DNA of 64,000 bases from Bdellovibrionales bacterium (GTDB taxonomy: Bacteria > Bdellovibrionota > Bdellovibrionia > Bdellovibrionales > UBA1609): the NCBI GenBank assembly GCA_965261545.1, contig CBDHDF010000002.1:544001-608000 (forward strand). The letters run 5' to 3'. How positions within the stretch are numbered: the stretch's first letter is position 1; each line of letters opens with the position of its first letter. Below are positions 56,293-64,000 of this stretch, piece after piece. The notes beneath the pieces were generated by a model that was not told where the DNA came from, did not search any database, and saw nothing but the letters and a program-made list of their open reading frames with translations. A program made the translations under genes and the position numbers.

Positions 56293-57300
56293 ATGAAGTA
56301 CGATCATTATATCGCCGTTGACTGGGCGCAAAGCAACATGGCCATTGCAAGAATGACAGTCAAATCTAATGCCATCAAGGCCACTGATGTGAAAGCTGAT
56401 GTTAGTGAACTCCAAATCTACTTGAAGAGTCTCAAAGGCACAAAAGCTCTCACCATTGAAGAAAGTACGGCTTCACAGTGGCTATATACAGAGTTAAAAG
56501 ATCATGTTGATGAACTCTTGATTTGTGATCCCTGTCGCAATAAATTACTGAGTGAGGGACCCAAGAATGATAAAATTGATGCTCAGAAGCTGGTTCATCT
56601 GTTGCGTTCAGGTCTTTTAAAAAGAGTCTTTCATTCAGGGGATGATTTTATTTATCTTAGAAAAATTATCAGTGGATATGAAGATGTTATCAAAGCAGGA
56701 GTTCGAAGCAAAAACCAGAGATCAGCATTGTTTCGAGCCTCCCATGAAAATGCGAAGAAAAAAACAGAGTTAAAAAGATCAGAAGATATATTCGTACTCC
56801 TTGGATTGGATACGAGCATTGCCTTTTATGAAGAAGAGAAAAAGCGTTATGACGCAGAATTCAAGAGACTGGCCAGAAAACACAAAGAAATTAAACACCT
56901 CCAGGGAATTCCAGGAATTGGACACATCAATGCTGTTAAAATCGTAGCTCGTGTTGTAGACCCTCATCGATTTGAACGCAATTCTTGGTGGAGTTACTGT
57001 GGACTAGTGAAGCTGGCTAGAGTTAGTGGTGGAAAAATTTATGGAAAGAAAAACTCTAGATCTTGTCGGCAAATGAAATGTGTTTTTAAGGTGGCTGCAT
57101 TGACAGTTATTGGTGGGAAAAATGAATTCAATGACTGGTATGAGCAGTTAATTACAGAAAGAAATTATCCACCACACAAAGCCAGGAACGCCATTTCAAG
57201 AAGAATAGCTGCTTTAGCATTAGGAGTTTTGAAGTCTGAAGAAAAATTTAAACCCTACAGGAAATACAAAAATGTAAAATATATTAAAACAGCCTCATAA
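56293..57300 (+). CDS. IS110-family recombinase/transposase, intact
   Basis: IAVDW, TIEES, KNDKIDA (DEDD), L.GIPGIG and YCGL.....SGG motifs; RBS AGGAGGAGG before the ATG at 56293. Confidence 0.92.
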   Translation: MKYDHYIAVDWAQSNMAIARMTVKSNAIKATDVKADVSELQIYLKSLKGTKALTIEESTASQWLYTELKDHVDELLICDPCRNKLLSEGPKNDKIDAQKLVHLLRSGLLKRVFHSGDDFIYLRKIISGYEDVIKAGVRSKNQRSALFRASHENAKKKTELKRSEDIFVLLGLDTSIAFYEEEKKRYDAEFKRLARKHKEIKHLQGIPGIGHINAVKIVARVVDPHRFERNSWWSYCGLVKLARVSGGKIYGKKNSRSCRQMKCVFKVAALTVIGGKNEFNDWYEQLITERNYPPHKARNAISRRIAALALGVLKSEEKFKPYRKYKNVKYIKTAS

Positions 57301-57840
57301 AAATCTCAGTAGTTCTTTAAGCATATAGCGAAAAGTAGACAATGACTTTATTATGAGGTGAGGATAGATAGCTCGTGCGCCACGAAGCGCAAATACATCG
57401 GTGGTGAAAGTCCACACGAGGAAGTGCCTCAGCACACCTCGCAGCGAGTCTTGGGCTCAAGGAGGTAACGACATGAGTTAAGCGTAGATAGCAAGAAAGA
57501 AGGGCCGTAAGCCGCAAGGTTGAAGTGATTGAGCCTCGAAAGCATTCCATGTGTGGTGGTCGACACTGTGAGTAAGGTGGAAGACAACATCATTCTGCTC
57601 TCACTGAGGAGGACAGGGTGGCACCGCCGGGGTCTGAGAGCACGGCACTTCTTGAAGATGTATTTGTGAACGTGGGAGACCCTCATAGTTCCCTAGGATG
57701 GGGTATTGCCAAACAAGCCTAAACAGCAAGGATGGTGAAATAGCTGTGGGGGAGTCAGCGAATCCATAGTACTGATGAAGCGAGTAATGATCGTGGAGGG
57801 AAGGGATTCAGGTAATTTTAACTTTGGAAGGGAAACGTAA

Positions 57841-59435
57841 ATGGGAGAGACAAAGTCCAATAACATTACGGAAACGAAACTGAAGAAGGTAGCTCAACTA
57901 TCTGGTAAGAATCCCGAGATGGTTTTCATGGGGCTTATGCCTCACGTGAACAGGGAGTCACTCACCAGATGTTTCCACGAGTTGGATGAGAGGAAGGCCG
58001 TGGGAATAGATCGAGTGACCAAGGAGGAGTATAGGCAAGACCTTGCCAAGAATATAGATAATCTAATTCTTCGCATGAAAACTATGACCTACTGCCCCTC
58101 CCCGGTCAGAGAAGTGCTCATTCCCAAAGACCTCTTTCAACGGCCAGTTCAGGCCACTGGGGATCAGCAACCTAGAGGATAAGATGGTCCAGCGTATGTT
58201 CAGTAAAATTCTCGAAGCCATCTATGAACCGATTTTCCAAGACTGTTCATTTGGATTCCGTCGAGGAGTAGGCTGTCACAAGGAGAAATCCTGCCATCAG
58301 GCAGTGCTACCAGCATCTCTATCATGGGAAAGTGGGCTATATCATTGATTTGGATTTAGAAAATTACTTTGGTTCTATCGACCATAAGAAATTAGTGTCC
58401 ATACTCAAGATGAAAATCACGGATGATCGGATGAAGATCTGAGAATCAAAGTTCAGCAGAAAATATCTGGGTGCTTTCGTTCGTTGATGGGAGCCAAGAC
58501 ATTTTGTAGAAACCGAAGCTTTCTCCTGACTTGCCAGAAAAATGGCATAGAACCTAAAGATGCTAAATATGCTATTTCAAGGAAAACTTCCCTCATTTAT
58601 GACTCGAATTCGCCCACCCCCTGAATAGTTACGATTTGGATTTAGAAAATTACTTTGGTTCTATCTGTCCATACTCAAGATGAAAATCACGGATGAAAGA
58701 TTCATAAGGTATATTGTGAGAATGCTGAAGGCTGGAGTTTTGTCTGATGGGGAGCTCAGGATGACCGATGAGGGTACACCTCAAGGCTCATGTGTCAGCC
58801 CCGTCCTTTCGAATATCTTTGCACACTACGCCTTTGACATTTGGTTCAAAGGTGCAGTCAAGAAGTACACGAGAGGACAAGTGGAAATGTATCGCTACTG
58901 CGATGACATCATATTCTGCTGTGAACTTCAGGAGGATGCTGAGAAGGTTTACAGATCACTCCAAGGACGAACCGAGAGGTTTTCCCTTAAGATGAATGTA
59001 GAGAAAACCAAGCGTATCACCTTTTCTAAAGCCAAGGCTCGACGAGGTGAGAAGCAAGGTACCTTCGACTTCTTAGGTTTCACCTTCTACATAAGTAAAC
59101 GCAGAGGGCGCATACTGCCCAAGATTAAATCCAATGGACGTAGAATAAGGAAGAAGCTACAGGTAGTCAAAGAGTGGTGCCGAGCCAACCGTCACAGAGG
59201 TACATTGTGCGAGCTGTGGGAGAGGTTTTGCAAGAAGCTCAGAGGACACGCCCAGTACTATGCTGTCTCCGATAATTACAAAGGAGTGAAGAATTTCTTT
59301 CACTACGCCATTAGGATTTTCTTCAAATGGATGAACAGACGTAGTCAGCGAAGATCTTTTGATTGGAATAAGTTTAACAGGTTCCTTGCTAACTTTCCTC
59401 CACCAAGGGTTCGCATAGTACACAAGCTGTATTGA
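57841..59435 (+). pseudogene. ltrA: Group II intron reverse transcriptase/maturase, disrupted
   Basis: KAVGID, V.IPK, RPLGI (shifted frame), SFGFR, GTPQG..SP.L.NI, RYCDD, FDFLGFT; frameshifts near 58130 and 58280 plus an IS66 fragment. Confidence 0.88.
58427..58632 (+). mobile_element. IS66-family right-end fragment
   Basis: Encodes LRIKVQQKISGCFRS..GA..FCR.RSFL.TC.KNG and ends cctgaatagttac. Confidence 0.8.
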
Positions 59436-60197
59436 TATAGTTGAGTGAGTAGAGTTATCGTCCGCCTATTGCCTTAATTGGGCACGATGGGTGGGAACGG
59501 GGGTTGGGTCGGGTAACCGGCCCTTCTACCCAATAATCCATTCGATAGCCATAAAGGTTCATTTAAGCGATTAGTACGTCCTCTATTCCTTAACATTTAC
59601 GATGACCCAAATTGAAGATTGTAGGAAGGAGCATTTTCCAACCGGTCTTGAATTAAGAGTGTCCAAATAGACGAATCATAGGAATATGTTGTTTTAGAGA
59701 TGTAAATAAAAAGCCATTAACCATGAAGAAGAAGTGCTAGAAAGAACTTGGTGAGAGATTTCGGAAGGACGGGTGACCGTATGCAGCAAAAGATGGTAAT
59801 TTTTTGCAACATGGATAGGTATATTTTCTTGACATACTTTTTCATAGACGAATGGCATTGATATCTAGTAGTTCTTTTATATTAAGCCATTTATGTTAGC
59901 TGACAATTAAAATGCCCCACCGTCGCCAATGAAAAGTGGCCACTTTTCAGAGGAGGACCTATGGTGATTTTTGGCATTGTCAACCGAGACGCATATAATC
60001 AATTGATATTACTCATAAAAAGGCTCCGAGCTGATAAGAACTCCTTTTGGGTGCAAAATTTCACCTAGTTTGACCCACCCAATTTCACCTAGTTTGACCC
60101 ACCCGATTTCACGAAGTTTGACCCACTGAATTTCACCAAACATTGACCCACTTAGATCTTCATAGATATTCTTTCTGCGCTACGCATTAACGAGGAG

Positions 60198-61721
60198 GTG
60201 TCTATGGGCAAACAAGGTAAGAAAAAAGGAGCAAGAATGATCAACAATATTAAGAAATACATAGAGCTTGGACTCAGTTCGAGACAAATAGCTCGAGCTA
60301 TGGGTGTTAGTCGGAACACTGTGAAGAAGTATGTGAAGGATAGTCCCGGAGGCCCTAACAGCCGCTCAAAGGGGTCGCATGGGCCCTACCAAGCCCCATG
60401 GTCATCCAAGGTGAATTGGACAGATGTTCGCCTCAAGCAAAGCCTAGGGACTCAATTGGCTCATTACTGGGAGCGACATATTCAGTCCGAGATTGACGGT
60501 GTGAGTTATCTTTCTTTTTGGAGAGAGTTTCGTCGGAGGCACCCAAGTATAAAGCTTGATATGCACCAGACATTCACCCCTGGTGAACGGAGTGAGTTTG
60601 ACTATAAGGGAAAAGACTCTTGTTTTGGCTATACAGATGCCAAGACTGGGGAGTTCATCCCATGTCGATTATTTGGAATGATACTTCCATCGAGTCAGTT
60701 TTTCTTTCCATGCGCCACATTAACAGAGCAGCGGGAAGATGTTTTTTCCTCCATAGCTTCTGGTTTTGAGTTTTTTGGTGGTGTGACCGGAACCATTGCT
60801 TTTGATAACGCAAAGGTTCAAGTGACAAGAGCTGATACTTATGACCCCGATATTAACTCTGAGTTTCACCTCTTGTGTGATCACTACAATGTGGCTCCTT
60901 TGGCGATGAGGCCATCTCGCCCCAAAGACAAGAGTCTTATCGAAAATACCCTTGGAGTCTTTTGGCGCTGGTCTTGGCCCCAGATAAGAGAGCGGCAAAT
61001 GTATTCTCTAGCAGACATCAACGCTGAGTTGAAGCATTTGGCAGCTATTTTCAATGATCGTATTCAAAAAAAGTATGGGTTGAGTCGTCGACAGAAGTTT
61101 GAATCTTTTGAGAAGTCAAAATTGAATCCTCTTCCTGAAAGACGCTATGAGAGTGGATTCTGGAAGCATTCCAAGGTTCATCCGGATTGTCACATTCAAT
61201 ATAACTACAATTTTTACTCTGTTCCTTATAAGCATCGCGGCAAGAAGTTAGATATTCGTATTAGCCAACAATGCTTGGAGGTTTATTCAGAATTAGAGCG
61301 GGTGGCGATACATCACATCCCCCAGGGCAGTCGAGGGCGCTACTTTACGACAAAATCTCATCTCCCTGAGTCCCACCGGGCCATTTTAGAGCAAACGCCA
61401 CAAAATGTACTTAAAGAGGCATCAAGCCTTGGAGAAAGCATTCACAAAGTTGCCGAGCGGCTTATCAAAGAGCCTCGCCATCCGCTTATGTATCTTCGTC
61501 GTGTTCAGGGGATACTCAATCTAAGAAAACGGTATTCAACAGCTTCTTTGGAGCAGGCTTGCTCATTTTTTGTAGATGCAGCTTTAAGTGACATTAGGGT
61601 TCGTGGAGTTGAGAAAGTCATTTCAGCAAAAAGTCATCGAAAAGAGGAGCCAAGAGTCTGCCGTCAACCTAATGAAAATTTAAGAGGTTCAGAGCACTGG
61701 GAGAATGCTTGCCGCCACTAA
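60198..61721 (+). CDS. istA: IS21 transposase
   Basis: HTH (S.RQIA..MGVSRNTVKKY), PGERSEFDY, FDNAK, RPKDKSLIE, YSVP. Confidence 0.94.
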   Translation: MSMGKQGKKKGARMINNIKKYIELGLSSRQIARAMGVSRNTVKKYVKDSPGGPNSRSKGSHGPYQAPWSSKVNWTDVRLKQSLGTQLAHYWERHIQSEIDGVSYLSFWREFRRRHPSIKLDMHQTFTPGERSEFDYKGKDSCFGYTDAKTGEFIPCRLFGMILPSSQFFFPCATLTEQREDVFSSIASGFEFFGGVTGTIAFDNAKVQVTRADTYDPDINSEFHLLCDHYNVAPLAMRPSRPKDKSLIENTLGVFWRWSWPQIRERQMYSLADINAELKHLAAIFNDRIQKKYGLSRRQKFESFEKSKLNPLPERRYESGFWKHSKVHPDCHIQYNYNFYSVPYKHRGKKLDIRISQQCLEVYSELERVAIHHIPQGSRGRYFTTKSHLPESHRAILEQTPQNVLKEASSLGESIHKVAERLIKEPRHPLMYLRRVQGILNLRKRYSTASLEQACSFFVDAALSDIRVRGVEKVISAKSHRKEEPRVCRQPNENLRGSEHWENACRH

Positions 61722-61802
61722 TCACATAGCCCCGGTGGGTGGTTCTCAACCACCTAACGGGTCATTTTGACCTCCATAAGAGAGGTCGTATAGGAGAAGA
61801 AA

Positions 61803-62531
61803 ATGATTAAACAAACAGAAAATTTATTAGAGATATTAAAAATGAGGGGAGTTTTAGCAACCTTGAGCCAGAGGCTCAAAGAAGCTGAGGAGCAGGATCT
61901 TGGTTACGAGGACTTTCTAAATGTCATCTTTGAGGACGAAAAAATCCATCGTGAAAATCAGAAGGTCTCAAGACTTATCAAAAGAGCAGCTTTGCAGCAA
62001 AAAGCAAGCCTTGAGGCCTTTGAAACCAAATCCAACCGAGGAGTCGATCGAAGAGTTTTGAGTGATCTAGCCCTTATGAGATTTGCTCAAAGAGGTCAAA
62101 ATATAATTATCTCTGGCCCAACGGGTGTTGGAAAGTCATATTTGGCTTGTGCCATAGGTAATCACGCCTGTCGCCAAGGTTTTTCCACTCAGTTCTTCAG
62201 AATGAATACTCTTGTTGAAAAATTCAACTTAGAAAGAGCCCAGGGGACATATCTAAACTTCCTTAAAAGGCTAAAATCAGTCTCGATACTTGTGTTGGAT
62301 GATTTTGGTATCAAGCCCCTTACCTCTAACCAATATCAAGACCTTTACGATGTGATTGATGAACGAGGCCCTGACCTGAGCCTCATTCTTACAACCCAAC
62401 TTCCAATAAAAAATTGGAGTGAAGTCATTGAGGATCCCATCGTTTGTGAAGCTATTATGGATCGCATAACCTCTCAAGCTATCAAAATAGCCATGTCTGG
62501 AAGCTCATTTAGGCAGAGAAAGACGATTTAA
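61803..62531 (+). CDS. istB: IS21 helper ATPase
   Basis: GPTGVGKS and LVLDDFG. Confidence 0.95.
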   Translation: MIKQTENLLEILKMRGVLATLSQRLKEAEEQDLGYEDFLNVIFEDEKIHRENQKVSRLIKRAALQQKASLEAFETKSNRGVDRRVLSDLALMRFAQRGQNIIISGPTGVGKSYLACAIGNHACRQGFSTQFFRMNTLVEKFNLERAQGTYLNFLKRLKSVSILVLDDFGIKPLTSNQYQDLYDVIDERGPDLSLILTTQLPIKNWSEVIEDPIVCEAIMDRITSQAIKIAMSGSSFRQRKTI

Positions 62532-64000
62532 GGAGAATCCATGCAAAGGCAGACCTTGGAAGACACCATCGGGAGACACTCCATCGGAACTATTGAATCA
62601 TGTACCCGCCAGTTATCCACAAAATTTACCCACGGCAGCGCTGCGTTGATAGACATCGGGGTCACAGACGCAGCGTCACCATGGATAAATTTGTGGATAA
62701 CTGGCTCGCTATTCTCTGCCATTTTGAGCAATGGATTCAACATCCCCATCGAAAAACCCTCCATTGAAACCTCAGAAATGGGGAGGGTCGAGATTCTCAA
62801 TGACAAAGTGGCCAATTTTAGTTGGCATCTAACATTCTGGCAAATAAGCCTTAACCCACCGTTGGGACATCGTGACATTGAGGGTGTAAAAGTTACTGAG
62901 TCAGCAGAAAAAAGAAGGTTTAAATTGACAAAGTTTGAGCCACCGTGAAATTCAAAATTGGACCTCAAATTGACTGACTGAGGGGTGGGTCAAACTTCGT
63001 GAAATTCAGCATGGGTTCTTGTCGACCTGGAAAGGGGCTCCGTGTTGGAGAGTCCTTCCATGACAGCCTATTCAGGTTCCATATTTGTCATTTGTAGACT
63101 GTTTCTGGATTTCAATGAGGTTAAATATATAGTCAAGAAAAGCCTGTTTAGGCTGTGCCCATTTTCTAAAGTATTTAAATTCCACAAGATTCCAACATTT
63201 GCCTCAATTTTCATGGAATTTCTTTCTGAAGACAGGCTTCCCTTAAAGCCGTCGCCAATTAAAATGTCCCACTTTCAATATGGAGGTTGTCGCCAATGAA
63301 AAGTGATCAATCTTCAGGGAGTGTTCAAATACTAGACAATGAAGTCTCTTCTTCTGATATAGATACTAAGCTCACAGAGTCCCTCCCTTTTGCAACTCAA
63401 AAGGTTAGCAATGAGGAGGATCTTATGATTAGTCAATACACTTTCGGCCGCATTCGTGACCTGAGTCACAGTGGTAAAAATAAGACAGAAATATCTCGTG
63501 AATTAGGGATCAATCGTAAGACGGTGCGCAAGTACTGTGAGTCCAACACCCCACCGAAGTACAAGGCGAGGTCCAAAAGAACTCGCCCAGATCCCCTTAA
63601 TGGATATATGGATCGGGTGAAGTACTTTTTGAAGTTGAACCCAAGTAACACCGCCCGTGAAATATATGAGCTATTAGTTGAGGAGGGTTATCGTGGGAGT
63701 GAGAGAACGGTTCAGAGAAGAGTTTGTGAGATTCTTGGTTCTCGCCCCAAGGAGCGTTTTTTCAGCCAAAGATATGATCCTGGAGAACAGGCTCAGTTTG
63801 ATTTTAAGGAGAAGGTTGCTTTACCATTTGCCGATGGTGTTCAGATCGTTCATCTCCATTTTGGAACATTGCCTTGTAGTGGCACCTGTTGGGTTCGTGC
63901 CTACCCCTTTCTTGTCTATGAGTGTTTCATCGATGGGGTGCATGCTTTTTTTGAAAAGATAGGTGGGATGAGTGCGAACATCCGTATTGATAATTTATCT

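Larger units (their letters stand above)
57375..59534 (+). mobile_element. Group II intron (bacterial class E-like, no endonuclease domain)
   Basis: 5' GTGCG; domain V-like ccgcctattgccttaattgggcacgatgggtgg; domain VI ending ctacccAAT; internal RT ORF. Confidence 0.9.
55860..59797 (+). mobile_element. IS110/IS1111-type element containing a group II intron
   Basis: Empty target at 54954-54980; aaaagatggt at both junctions; subterminal IRs ATGGTCACCC (55865) and GGGTGACCGT (59771). Confidence 0.82.
55416..59860 (-). mobile_element. IS4-like type B, 5' part, interrupted by the IS110 element (second left-end copy at 54948-55037)
   Basis: End caatgccattcgtctatg; N-terminal frame RNRKITPKIFFF...SSLCVFRQKISFYFFKNIF is homologous to IS4 type A. 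Confidence 0.8.
60052..63011 (+). mobile_element. IS21-family type A, intact
   Basis: 4-bp TSD TGGG; istA and istB uninterrupted. Confidence 0.94.
59894..64000 (+). mobile_element. IS21 type B copy (istA from 63425, runs off window) with IS21 type A inserted in its left end
   Basis: tgttagctgacaattaaaatg end; reverse complement of 41641-42784. Confidence 0.9.

Noticed and set aside
55865..56296. 143-aa ORF upstream of the IS110 recombinase
   Set aside because: Begins within the subterminal IR, runs through hairpins and has no motifs; more likely a non-coding end.

Overview
Bacterial AT-rich window with two parts. (1) 1-6.9 kb: a 5'-truncated solute-binding-like gene, a membrane histidine kinase with a C-terminal receiver-like domain, an FRG-domain protein with 25 near-identical TPR units, a small ORF, and a repeat cluster resembling the end of an integrative element abutting the 3' end of tRNA-Pro(GGG). 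(2) ~7.1-64 kb: a dense, nested insertion-sequence region (two IS21 types, IS3, three IS4-like types, IS256, several IS1634, ISKra4, two ISNCY-like types, two IS110 types, IS66 and ISAzo13 remnants, at least five MITE types and a group II intron). A few non-IS genes survive here: an Rpn/PD-(D/E)XK gene and a truncated copy, an FGE/C-type-lectin lipoprotein, an AbiGi-like gene, a RelE/HigB-type toxin-antitoxin pair and two hypotheticals. Main points: an IS110/IS1111-type element whose ends, empty target site and circle junction can be reconstructed from this window, with a group II intron in its 3' non-coding (candidate bridge-RNA) region; a conserved out-of-frame start motif in two divergent IS4-like transposases suggesting recoding; a DnaA-box hairpin shared by two different IS21 elements; and the FRG-TPR protein with position-specific hypervariability. 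Family calls come from motif recognition by eye, not database searches. Some frameshifts may be assembly artefacts.
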